Of a DNA stretch of 64,000 bases, positions 50,722 to 62,936 are shown piece by piece. A model generated the notes under the pieces. It did no database searches. It was not told the origin of the DNA and worked only from the letters and a program-made list of their open reading frames with translations. Origin of the DNA: Tubulanus polymorphus (taxonomy: Eukaryota; Animalia; Nemertea); the NCBI RefSeq assembly GCF_964204645.1, contig NC_134029.1, forward strand, positions 6,448,001-6,512,000, written 5' to 3'. Within the stretch, counting starts at the first letter, position 1, and every line of letters starts with the position of its first letter. The position numbers and the translations under genes were made by a program.

Positions 50722-53700
50722 CTACCGCCCATCTCGCCTACTCGATTTTCCATCGCGCAAACCCTGCAACAAATGCCAAAATTTAAAACATAAGACAACA
50801 GGGAGACCTAGAATAAGTGGAAGGCTGTGGTCCAGAAGAAAAAAAAAGGCATTGCTAGGATAGAGCAGCCATGTCACTGGCCACCAGCAGGTCGTTCCCT
50901 TGGTATTAGATATTTTTTGAAGAAATAAACCCAAAAAGATACAATTTCAAAGAAGATGAGTGTCAAACTAATAGTTTTCACACAATCTCTGGACGAAAAG
51001 GGCAAACTCGAAGGGACGACAGGCAGGGGTCCAAACCACGAGAACATCCCCCTAAATCCGCCCCTGGACAAACATAACCACAAAGGAATTTCAGAAGACA
51101 AGAAGTTATTAAAATCGAGGGTAATAACCTGGTAATATCCAGTGTGGTATCCACTCATATACCACGACATCAGCATACTGCACAACGCTTCATTATCCAG
51201 ATCAGAGATATCCTCCGAAATCGGAGGTGGTGGCGGAGGAACCATTGCATTTCTCTGTAAAACAAAATATCATTAATTAAGCAACATCCGAATTATGAAT
51301 AATAGTTTACATGGATCTTGGTTAAATGGACCCAATATTTCATCAGAATTAAGTGAAAATCCAGATTGAAAAATCCAACTTCAGTAAGTTCTGTAGTTAC
51401 AAGTAAATGGTTCCGCATCATTAAGTTCCAACCCACAGTTTTTCCAATTTTGTAGCCATCCCTTAATGCTTGCCGTCGCTAGCTATGTTCACATACATAA
51501 ACTGGACATTTCCCACAAAATAGCTCCATATCATAAATCAAAGTAAGGTACATACCATATGCCCCGTACTGTAAGCGTTCCATGGCGGGAATACTGCAGG
51601 GGGAACAGGTGCCTGAAATGTGTCAAAATTACATCACAAACATGAAAATGATATCAAACGTCTAAAGATCTGATTTTCATAACCAAACCTTGAGATACTT
51701 ACAGACATGGGAAACGATGGTGGCATCATGGGATACTGAAATGGCATGTTGGTTCTGTGACTTGATTTCTTTCCACCTTTACCTCCACTTTTACCCTTTT
51801 TGTAATAAGCTGGACTCGGGTGTCCTCCATGAGTGCAATCCATTGATTCGCTCTGTAATAAGCCAAGCAAATGAATATATAATTAGTTTCTCAAGATCAC
51901 TTCACTTTTATGAAAACATGTACAGCACATTGGATAGCGCAGAGACTGTAAATATTCCTGTGTTGGCCGCATATCAAATTGAGTATCAAAGGAAACGCAA
52001 TTGTCTCTCCAAAGAGATTCATTAGAAAATTAACTTGCTTAAATTTCTACAGAAGCCAGGCCCATAGCATGGGCAGAGAGCACCCTCCTTACAAAAAATT
52101 TACCAATAGCTCTGGAAGATTTTGACTGTAGCTTGTAACACCACTGCCAACATGTCTGAGAATGCATCTACGATCATTTAGATTTCAAAATACATTCTGC
52201 GGAATATGCCCCTGACCCTAGCGGACCACATAACGACCCTGAAAACAATATCTACCTCTGAGGCAGTCTGGTTTAACAAACAATCTTCATTTGTCATATA
52301 AAATTCCCCGGGAGGCAAAAGATCCGCGATATTGATGTCTTCTTCATTCTCGTAGTTGGTATAACGAACTGTACAAGTTTTGGAGTCGTTATCGATGGCG
52401 ACAATTTTTGCTGGGTACACGCTTTGATCTTCGCTGAATATGGCTCGACACATGTCACCGACCGCCCAATGATCCCGCTGAAACAGAAAGAACTTAATGA
52501 TGATTAATAATGAAGCTCTTATAGCACTCAATTTGACAATATAACCTAGTGAGTAATCTGTCTGTGGTTTAGTTTCACGATCTGATATTTTCACTGTTGG
52601 TATAAGCCTAGTCAGTAATTTGTCTGTGGTTTAGTTTCACGATCTGATATTTTCACTGTTGGTATAAGCCTAGTCAGTAATCTGTCTGTGGTTTAGTTTC
52701 ACGATCTGATATTTTCACTGTTGGTATAAGCCTAGTCAGTAACCTGTCTGTGGTTTAGTTTCACGATCTGATATTTTCACTGTTGGTATAAGCCTAGTCA
52801 GTAATCTGTCTGTGGTTTAGTTTCACGATCTGATATTTTCACTGTTGGTATAAGCCTAGTCAGTAATTTGTCTGTGGTTTAGTTTCACGATCTGATATTT
52901 TCACTGTTGGTATAAGCCTAGTCAGTAACCTGTCTGTGGTTTAGTTTCACGATCTGATATTTTCACTGTTGGTATAAGCCTAGTCAGTAACCTGTCTGTG
53001 GTTTAGTTTCACGATCTGATATTTTCACAAGCTCATCCGATTATAAAAAGCTTACCACCAATGATTAGGTAACTAACTAGTATAAGCCCATCCCGTTATA
53101 TAAAAGGTTACCACCAACTAATTTGTAACTAATCAGCCAGGCTACTCAGAGGGCTTTACAGGAGAGGCATGTGTTGCCCAGGACACTATAGAAATGTGCA
53201 TGTAATGTAGGGATTGAACCCATGACCAGACTCCCCAGAGTCCAATGCTTTAACCATTCACCCACAATGCTTCCACAGTATTGTAAATTGAATGAACACA
53301 GAAGAGGACTACAATTCAATCACTCAGGGGCCAGTTGCATAGATTTAAGACCAGTCTTAAGATCAACTTAGTTCTGTAGCCAATCTAGCAACTTCAGTCC
53401 AGTGTGAAGTTTAAAGACCACGGTTGGAATTAAGTCACGACTGTGCAACTGGGCCCAGAATCAGATTATCTGCAGTAGTTTTACCAGTTTCTCCCTCACA
53501 CATACCTCGTTATCGTGAACTGCTTTCTTCATTTTACGTCGATTATTTCGACGGTGTTTCTTAACATTTGTTTGTGCTTGTTGCTCGGATGATTTATCAG
53601 CAACATCCCCATTACACATCTGGGCCTTGATTAAAAGATATAAAGCTGAGAAAATTAACATTTGTCGGGTTTGGCAAGTTTTCTACATAATCAGCCTTCT

Positions 53701-54484
53701 GTGGTAGGTTTCGATTGGTCTCTCTCTCCCTTCTAGCGTGTTCGATTTCATCAGAATATGCTCTACCTATTCCAGAATCCCATATTCTGTTTACTCGATA
53801 AAAGATAAAGCCAGTAGAGGATTTGTAATCGAGAATTACTATTTGATTCCTAAATAGGAATATATTCAATCGAAGCCTGCTTTAGTCAACTGAATCTATG
53901 GCCATCATATGTGTATACAAACCTTCATCCTGTTGACTGCTCTATCATAAGCTTTAATTAACGCTGTATCGTCCCATACATCACTATCTTCACTCTGTAA
54001 AATATAACGATAATTGAAAGACAGAAGCTAGCGCCATTCAACTTGGCAAAAAAAGACGTTTGACGTAGTCTGACATAAGTAATCATAACCCTCTCTGTCA
54101 TCTCTTGCCATTCGGCTGTTTCGCCATTTTGCTGGATTGATATCAGGACTCTTGAAGCAATGAGAAAGATAATGACGTTACTCTTGATGATAGCACTTGT
54201 CAATTCTTATCTGTAAAGAGCTTCATATATCGGACCCGTATTTTTCATTCAGATGGACCGGGATGTGGCGCCCCCTAGGTTGAATGCTACGATGAAATTA
54301 CGCGCAAGTTATTGGCAAATCAACCAGGTTAGATAACACTGGGATTAAAAACAATCACTTTAGTCGTACAATATATATCATTCGAGTTAGAATCAAGCAT
54401 TAAACTGACAAAAATGATAATGGCGCACGTTACCTGGTCGTCTCCTCGTCGAAATATTACTCCCGAACTTTCAGCGGCGGACAT
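50722..54484 (-). CDS. SMN: Survival motor neuron protein, about 279 aa
   Basis: Eight phase-0 exons: 54434-54484, 53923-53994, 53506-53625, 52256-52477, 51703-51852, 51556-51612, 51129-51254, 50722-50763. They encode the Gemin2-binding [20 protein letters not shown], Tudor [22 protein letters not shown]...[10 protein letters not shown], a poly-Pro tract and the YG box [18 protein letters not shown]. Confidence 0.97.
52545..53028. repeat. 62-bp minisatellite, about 8 copies, in SMN intron 3
   Basis: The unit TCTGTGGTTTAGTTTCACGATCTGATATTTTCACTGTTGGTATAAGCCTAGTCAGTAA(t/c)(c/t)TG starts at 52561, 52623, 52685, 52747, 52809, 52871, 52933 and 52995. Confidence 0.97.
53143..53275 (-). mobile_element. 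tRNA-derived SINE (CORE-like) in an SMN intron
   Basis: Minus strand: GTGGGTGAATGGTTAAAGCATTGGACT (A-box region), GGGTTCAATCCC (B-box), GTGTCCTGGGCAACAC (CORE-like) and a TGTAAAGCCCTCTGAG tail. Confidence 0.65.
53327..53456. mobile_element. Short palindromic MITE of the GGGCCCAGTTGCA family (also ~12499-12640, ~17641-17755, ~18688-18802, ~38256-38349)
   Basis: GGGGCCAGTTGCA...TGCAACTGGGCCC termini recur in several introns. Confidence 0.7.
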
Positions 54485-55030
54485 TTTGGAAATGCGTAAT
54501 AGTTGGATTTGGACTTTGGAAAGAACTATTAGACTGTAACAATATCCAACATGGTCGCCATGAAGAAAAATCCCGAAATTTTTAGGTTTTCTTTCTGATA
54601 GAAATGTAAGATCTAGCGATGCCCAGACCTTTTAGATAATCGTCTATTACAAGAAATATATCTGTTTCAAATTCAATCTTCAAAACGCAACGGACTGGCT
54701 GTAATAACAATTTATATAGGCCTAAAATCATTGCAAACCTTACAGTTTTACACACCACCATAAGATTTGCTGTTGTTTGAAATTAAAAAGAAGGAACCTG
54801 CTGATTTTTTTTTGTACAAAATGAATTTATCCGGTCAATAATAGTCTTCCACCAGCCAGGGCGAACTTTGGTTATTGTAATTTTGTGAACTAAATTGAAT
54901 TTCGAAATTGAATTTCGCTTAGTCCGATAGTCCGAAAAGTGAAGCATGCAACGCAACCGTGTGAGCACGATGGTCGCTTTAGTTCGGACCTATCTCAGTT
55001 CTAAGATGGCTGATGCTACGGCATGTGTAA
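54485..55030. promoter_or_regulatory. Putative bidirectional promoter between SMN and SUGP1
   Basis: Head-to-head genes. YY1-like motifs AACATGGTCGCCATG (~54549) and AAGATGGC (~55003) lie near each presumed start. Confidence 0.5.
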
Positions 55031-55494
55031 CGTAGTAAGATCAAACATATTGCATTCGATTATTACTAGCTCCAACTTGGGACGAAATCCAAAGTTACCC
55101 TAAGGCAATAACCCCTTTTTAGCCTTGTCTTTTAGCCTTGTCAGCTAGTGCTGATTTTGATTCCACTGAAAACATTTTCTAGTGTTTAGGTATAACAATT
55201 CCAGGTGTGGCCGATGTGATGCATGTGTGTTCTTCGGCCTGGGCACGCTGTCTAGGTCACCTTCCCACTCTGTGGCACTAGAGCGTTATTAAAGGATAGG
55301 CCTAAGGGTTTTAGGGTTATGGTTAGGTAGATATCGACCTAACCATTTGCTAGATTAGGCACATCTTAACTGAAGTCACTCTTATCATTTTTTGTAGGCG
55401 GTATTGGAATCATGAGATGTAAAAAGCTCTGAGAGTAGATATTTATTTTCTTAATTGACATTTGATCAGAAAAAAGAAGAAACTTTTTGCCAAG

Positions 55495-58400
55495 ATGAAT
55501 CGTCGGGCTAATCAAACGGGCGGGACTGGCGGAAACCAGTCTCAACAGAATCAGAACTATAAAATCCGTATGAAGGAAATATCCGACCAGGAACGTCTGA
55601 TTCAACAGAAAAAAAAAGAAATCGAAGATAAGATGATGAAAGAAAAACAAAAAGAACAAGACGATTCATCGAAAAATCCTCCTGCAACGACTGCCAAACC
55701 ACAAACCAGTGCGAAAAGCACCTTTTCCGGTGCAAAAATGTAAGTTAGGGCCTTCAACAGCAATAACCCTCAACTGGTCACTAATGGTCGAGTGCGGGTC
55801 AGCTTTCAGAAAATGATGACCCTTTACATCGGTAATCTTTTCAGGTTTGGTAAACGTCCTGGATTCCAAAGTTGGAAAGAGAGCTTCAAAAAGGCGAAGA
55901 CAGCTGCAGCAGCCACTGCTACTAATACCGAGGAGAGTCAAAAATCACAACCTGGGCAGAACGTATTCAGCAGTGATGGGTCATTTTTGGAAACATTCAT
56001 GAGAACCCAAGGCATTAAAGGTATGATTGAACTTGTGTTTCTTTGTTTTGTCGAAATGTTGCAGAAATTTAGTACACATTAAGGTGGAGTCTAATATATG
56101 TGTCAAATTTAGTATAGAGGTTTTCTTTATTTCAGCCAAAGTGAAGGAGGAGAACATTGATGACTCAGATAAAGGAGAAGTGAAAACTGAGAAGAAAGAC
56201 TTAAAAGATAGTGAAAAGACAGAAAAAGCAAATGCCACCGTCCAGGTGAAAACTGAGGACGTAAAAGTGAAAGAGGAGGTGAAAGTAAAGAAAGAGGCCC
56301 CCGAACCGAAACCCGAAAAACAGAAACCTCCCAGTCTGCTTGATTTACCCGAAATAAAACCCCATTTCGATCGTCATCACGGTACACATCGAATGCAAGA
56401 TATGAATCATCCAATGGGACCACAGCATATGAATGCACCTCCTCAGCGCATGATGCATTCGAGAATGGCTCCACCGCATCACATGGATCAACAACGCCAT
56501 CGTATGGATGGACCGCACCATCGACACGATGGTCCTTCGCATGGCCATCCTATGGACCGACCTCAAGGATTCGGTTCGCAACCACCCCCGCAGATGATGC
56601 CTCCCAATGTTCAGCAACAACAAGGACCTCCACCTCAATTCAATCCAAATCAACAGTTTAATAATCAGTCGCCTCAGTTTAGTCAAGGGCCTCCTCCTTT
56701 CAACCAACCACCTCCAGAGCATATGCCACCTGGAGCCCCTAACTTTCCGCCACCGGGAATGAATCAGGGATTCAATCAGCCACCGATTGAATCGCAGCAA
56801 CATTCAGGATTTCACCAAGGTCCTCCGCAAATGTCTGGACCTCCTCCGAATCAGCCACCTCATCAAGCAAACTTCGGGCCTCAACCTCCTGAACAACAGC
56901 CGTTTGGACACGGGCCACCTCAACCTCCTGGTTTCAGTCAAGGACCGCCGGAGCCTCAGTTTACTCAAGCTATGCCTCCCGTGACTGGTTTCAATCCAAA
57001 TCCTATAGACATATCTCAACCACGTCCTCCATTCGGTCAAGGACACATGCTCCCTGCAAACAATTTCAACCAGCCTTCTGAACAAGCTTCTCATCAACAA
57101 TTTGGTCAAGGTCCACAAATGGGTAATTTCAATCCAGAAGCGCCTCCGTTCAGTCAAGCAAATTCACAGATGCCAGGACCCGGTATGAACCAGCAGGTTT
57201 CTCTACCACAACAACCGGACTTCAGTCAGAGACCGCCTCCTCAACAAGGCCCACCAGGATTCAACTTGCCCCCAATGCAGAGTAATGTGTTGATGCAAGG
57301 TAGACCAAACCCTGGTCCTTCTTCGCCGAATCTAGCCCCTCATCAAACTCCTCCCCCTCCTGGCCTCCTGCCACCAATGCCTCCCAATCAAGCTCCTCAA
57401 CCAGGACAAACGCCGCCTCCTTTCTCGCAAGGCATGCCATTTCCACGGCCTCCGACACCTGCTAATCAGTCAGAACCACGGTTTTCAACTCCTCCTCCCT
57501 GGGCTACATCACAAGGCAATCAAGGAATTATGGCTCGCGATGCCGGATCCCCTTTCACCACTTCTGTTAGCATGTCTCAGCCTCCTGATAACATACACAT
57601 GCCACCACAAGGCCCTCCGCCTGGACTAATGCAAATGCCTAATTCGCAAGCTTCGCCCGGAATGATGCACCATTCCGGTCCAAATTTACCTCCCGGTCAG
57701 CCTATTCCGCCGCCTCCGAGTCATTCTCAACACGAAGCCATTCTATCAGGCATGCCGCCTAGACCTTCTTTATCATTACCGCAGCAGATATTGACGCATA
57801 GTTCCGTGCCAAATAGAATGCCGATGCCTCCGCATCCTCCACAAATGATGGATTTGCCTCCTTTACCCGGACCTATACAACCTCCCGTAGGTCATCAGCA
57901 ACCTCGACCACCAATGCCGATGCACGGAGGACCTCCGCCTATGTCGATGCCGAATTTCAATCAGCCACCGCCGGAACCACGGTTTTCGACGACACCCCCT
58001 TGGCAGAAATCCCGCATGCCCGGCCCCGGACACCAACCTCCAACTGGAGTCCCTCCGCACCGAGGCCCGACACCGGAAAGATTCCCGATGTCGGCGCCAT
58101 CTCATCTTCCTCCTATAAGCGATTTTAGTTCGTCAAACTCGGACACGTACGATCCGACGAACCCGACTGAAGAGGATCGACCGACCAGTTCACCGCCGGC
58201 TGGTTCGAGTCAACAGCAATCGTGGCCTCCTTCGCAGAAACAACAATCTGAATTTTATGATCCGACGAATCCAACAGAGGGACACTCCCCGCAAAAAGAG
58301 GGTATGTGAAATGAACCCAAGAACCATTGTCGCCTGTGGCTTGTAACTGTTTCTTCTTACCTGGCATCTTAACTAATCAATAATTGTATGTCATATTCAA

Positions 58401-61400
58401 TTCGAAGATGAGTCTTTGTGTAGAAAAATTCTAGGTTTAATCATCATTACTTACTTCTCGTTACATATGATTTGTAGGAATGCATCAGTTACCGATGATG
58501 AGTCAACCTCAGCCGGGAATGCTCAGACAGACATCTGCTGATATATTCAAACAAGAACCAAATGAACGAGGTACTTCAGATCAATATTGTTCATTCGTTG
58601 TTGATATCTCATAGGGATAGATAGGACTATGAACTTTCTCACTGGCATAATTAACGAACATTTTCCAACTTTTTCCTGGAAGGGTTTTCTATGAAAATTC
58701 GATTGGATTTTGTATGTAGATTTCAACTGCAAACATACGGGTTTTATCGCTAGATAAGATGAACTGCTCTGTCTCAATATCAATATCTCAATCTGGAAAA
58801 CCTACCTACCAAATTGTTAAAAAATGATTATTAATCCTTTCAGTGCTGACTAATTAATTCCCAAAAGTGCTAGAGATAATTTTGAAGTGTTAAGAAATTC
58901 CACCCCCAGTGTGTTGAGCCACCATATTGTGTCCACACCGCGGTGCAGTGCATCGCTAGTACTTATATTGCACTTTGAGAGGTGCTGCTGTCTTTAATAG
59001 TGATAAAAAACTAATTACATGCTGTGTACTAGCAAAGTCCATCTCTAATTCATACACCGCACTGCAGTGTAGATGCACTGAAAGGTTTAATCGGAGTAGT
59101 ATTTCCTAGCCATATTACCTGTTAAGATTGCGGGGCCTCGATGAGATTATGCTATGAGGACTGTTACATGTGTACTAGGTATATAAATTCGAGAGCCTAC
59201 TGTTTGGGGCGTGTTACACCTTTACTTACGCCAGCTATTCTAGTCTTTCCACCAGACGATCCTCAACTGAGACAGGTCATCGAAAAACTAGCCAGTTATG
59301 TGGCCAAGTCTGGTCCACACATGCAAGAAATAGTGACAAGTAGAAGTCGAAATGACCCTAATCATTGGTGAGTATAGAAACTAACTTTCATCTGCATGAT
59401 TACCCTAGCTATTACACTCTACACACATTTGTCATCTTAGATAGTGTTCGATTTTGGATCACGATTGATTCATTATGGCTTGCTTGGTGGATAGGGTATT
59501 TGACTGGCATTAGAAAACAAATTGTGCTACTGTAACGCGCATTTGTTTGGGATAAATGGCAGGTTTCGATTGGTCTTAACGGATTCTAGAACACCGCTTT
59601 CTTCTCGACCAGGATACCCTTATCCTACCGGTATTCCAGAACATCATATTCTGTAAACCGGATTGAAGGTGTTATCCAGAATTGATATTTTTAAAAACTG
59701 GAATACGTTCAATTGAAACCTGTCTATATCAGTGCTCATCCTGTGTCAAAAGGGCTTGGTTTGTCTGAATACTAGATCATTTCTCTGTGTTGTCAATGGC
59801 TGTGTTAAACTTAATCTTCACTTGCCTTTTCTACCATTGTTCGTATTTCTCTTTCCTTTCCTGTATATTTTTCTCCTGTACTAACTCAATGCATCTAATT
59901 CATTCTGCTTAGAATTATTCATAATTTTGCCACATGTTGTAAGCGATGTTTCTTCAGGTACGCATACATACACACTAATAGGTAATAGGAAGTGGTTTGA
60001 TAATTGGCGAAATCTTGCATACAATTGCAAAATCTAATTACAACTTTCTTGTTCAATCAACGAAAATTATCTTATAAAGTACATTCGCGTATGTATATAA
60101 GTCATTTCACGAGTATCTTTTAGTTGTCTCACATCTTAACCGGGGCAGATCCACGTGCTCCGTGTGCTCCCATCGGAAATTTCCCACGCACTTTTGACAA
60201 TGCAATGGCAATATTTCTCAGGGCACTTTTTTCACCCACAACTAATAAGACAGCAGTCTGCGGCGCAAGACTGACTTTCTCTCAATGTCCCACAAGTGCC
60301 TAAAAATTGTATGAAAATGCACAGAAGTTTCAAAATTTTCCATAGCCTTGTTTTGGCTGCGTGGCTTACTTAACTTGACCTTTTTCAGTATATATGCCCT
60401 TTTCATTTCTTTGCACCCCTGTCAAAGTCTGCCCCTGGATCTGCCCCTGTCTTTGTTTATTTCATGTCTTGTTCGTCGCTGCTTTGCTGTTTTTGCTCGG
60501 TTCGATGATGTGCTTGTTCTCTCGCTACTGCTGTCACACGCGGGAGGGGTACACGAAACTTGGGTGTGTCCATTTTTGTTCTGCTGAAATCCTTACAGGT
60601 TTCTATACGAGCCCGACAGCCAAGCGTATAGGTATTATATGCAACGTTTGCACGAACACACGGGTGGCCGTCTCGGCAGCAGTCGAAGTCAAATGAGGTC
60701 GGATATTGCCAGTGGACATGATGCCGACGTCGAAGACAATTATAGAGGTGAATTATTCCTAAATGGCCCAAATTTCTCTCGATTCTAAGTGATTACCGGC
60801 ACGCAAAATATTTGCTGTATCGCGTATTGAAGATTGCTTTTGCGTTTTTTTAGGAAAGATTGAGGAAAGACGAAAAAAGAAAAGAAGAAGTCGATGGGGG
60901 CCAGATTCGGACAAGTCTGCTGGGCCACCTCTTGCGTCAATACCACCGCCAATACCTCCACCAATGGGTAAGTGATCTGAACAAAATCATTGTTAAACGA
61001 CTCTTTGTTAGTTTTCATCGGTTAATTTTGTTTTGTCTATTGTATAGCAGCCAGTGTGGAAGATGCTATTCGTAATATCGCGAGGCAGACAACGGGAAGC
61101 GATGTTTTGACTGCTGAACAGGCGAAACAGTTACAAGAACAAAAGCATGTAAGCACTTGCTATATTATAGCAGTTGAGGATTCGTTAGCTCGAGAAACTT
61201 CAGATTGACTGTATAAGGTCCACAACCTACTGGTCTGTTGTTAACTACTTGACAAACATGTATAGAATACTTATGAAAACAGAGGAAGGAGGCTCCCTCC
61301 TAATAATCGAATGCTAAACCTGAGAAATCCATTCTCATGCAAGAAGATCTCGGTAGTGAACATGGAATTCTCAGGGCGGATCCAGAGGCCAATTTCAAAG

Positions 61401-62936
61401 ACTTGTCACATCCCATAAGGGCATTTCGATGTCTACAAAGGCAATCATAGGGAAATTTGAGGGACTTGTACAAGTCTGACAAGTCCCCCTGGATCTGCCA
61501 CTGACTCTACTGAACATAGAACTTTAGCATCACTTAAAAACAAGCTATTCTAACCTTTCGTATGTTCCACAGAAAACTTCAGCTCAGCATTGGTTGGTGG
61601 AGCTATCATAGCGTCGATATTTTCGAATTTGAATGATTAAATGCTGATCTTATCGTTCTCTCTCTGTTTGTAGTTGCAAATGATGGTAGAAATGATCACG
61701 GCGAAAAAGAAGGCGATGGCCGCTCAGGCGAAGGCTATCGAAGCCGGTCTACGTATCAAACCGAAATACGAATACGATTCCGATGAAGATACTCAAGGTG
61801 GAACGTGGGAACATAAATTTAGAGATCAAGAAATGGAAGCCACAAGAGGTTGGTTGAGAATCTCCGTCAATATTTTATTCATCCTGATTTTCTTCAATTA
61901 TGCCTTGTCGTACATCGGTATTTCATTTGTTGATGATATTCTGTTTGTATAGACTGGGCTCAAAAACTGACTGAAATGGGACAAGGAAAACATCACATTG
62001 GTGATTTCTTACCGCCGCAAGAGTTGGAGCAGTTCATGGAAACATTCAGGGTACTCTATCCATGTTATTCATTCATTAATTTGATATCACTTTCTGAATC
62101 AATTACGGTTCGTCTATATGGCTGTATTCACTGATTGTAGGCATTACAAGAAGGCCGTGAACCGGATTTATCGGATTATAAACAATTCAAGATCACTTGT
62201 GAAAATGTTGGTTTCCAAATGTTGGAAAAAATGGGATGGAAAGAAGGCGAAGGTCTAGGTCCGGATGGCCAGGGAATCCTCAATCCAGTAAACAAGTGAG
62301 AACAAGAGAAAAAACCTCATCAAATACAGTAGTCTACTGAGTACCACTGATTATGCAGGGGGATTTTTCTAGCCAAGGAGTAATTTTTCATGTCCCACTT
62401 ACAATCTATAACGTTTCGAATTATTACACTACAGTTTTCTCTGTATGCTGGAATTTTAAAGGGGCTGCATTAATTGTTAAGCGTATGACATTGTGGTTGC
62501 TAAAGTAGCAAGGCTTTCGATCTCCTAAAAGGAGAGAAAATTAAGCTTAATTTTGGTGTAATCTTCTATTTTCGGAATTGGCAGCAGATAATTTTAGGGG
62601 GTGACTGATTATCAGAGGGGTGTTTGTAAAAATAAAAGGGGTGGCAATCCCTCTAAAACCTATTGTGGAGACTGCAGTTTTTATAATTTTGTGTTTTGTA
62701 GAGGATCGCAGCCTGTAAACGGTGGTGGCCTCGGTATCGAAAGACCGGCTGAATTAAGTAAAACCGATGACGAATTCGATGCCTATCGAAAGCGTATGAT
62801 GTTAGCTTACAGATTCAGACCAAACCCGTTGGTGAGTAGATAACACTTTAAATCATATATGGATTCTTATTTGCTCGATTTACAAACTTTTTCGATTTCG
62901 ATTTTGCAGAATAATCCGAGGAGACCATACTATTGA
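55495..62936 (+). CDS. SUGP1: SURP and G-patch domain protein 1 (splicing factor 4)
   Basis: Exons 55495-55739, 55845-56020, 56136-58301, 58478-58570, 59244-59367, 60599-60747, 60854-60967, 61048-61148, 61674-61848, 61953-62050, 62141-62295, 62702-62831, 62910-62936. Motifs: [27 protein letters not shown] ([14 protein letters not shown]...[14 protein letters not shown]), [41 protein letters not shown]-patch [19 protein letters not shown], and C-terminus [24 protein letters not shown]. The start codon is uncertain. Confidence 0.95.
58831..59090. mobile_element. piggyBac-type non-autonomous element in a SUGP1 intron
   Basis: TTAA-TCCTTTCAGTGC...GCACTGAAAGGT-TTAA. Shares gctgactaattaattccc and ctagcaaagtccatc with 41790-42077. 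Confidence 0.8.
60141..60448. mobile_element. MITE with GGGGCAGATCCA termini (related copy 61372-61503; half copies ~36426, ~51053)
   Basis: GGGGCAGATCCA...TGGATCTGCCCC inverted termini; CAGGGCGGATCCAG...CTGGATCTGCCACTG at 61372-61503. Confidence 0.65.

Noticed and set aside
52256-52477. Phe in place of human Trp102 in the SMN Tudor aromatic cage
   Set aside because: Conservative aromatic substitution; the other cage residues are intact.
52545-53028. Regular repeat array resembling CRISPR
   Set aside because: Units are contiguous with no unique spacers, there are no cas genes, and it lies in a eukaryotic intron; it is a minisatellite.
56127-58367. Several antisense ORFs over the large SUGP1 exon
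   Set aside because: Expected from Pro/Gln codon bias on the opposite strand.
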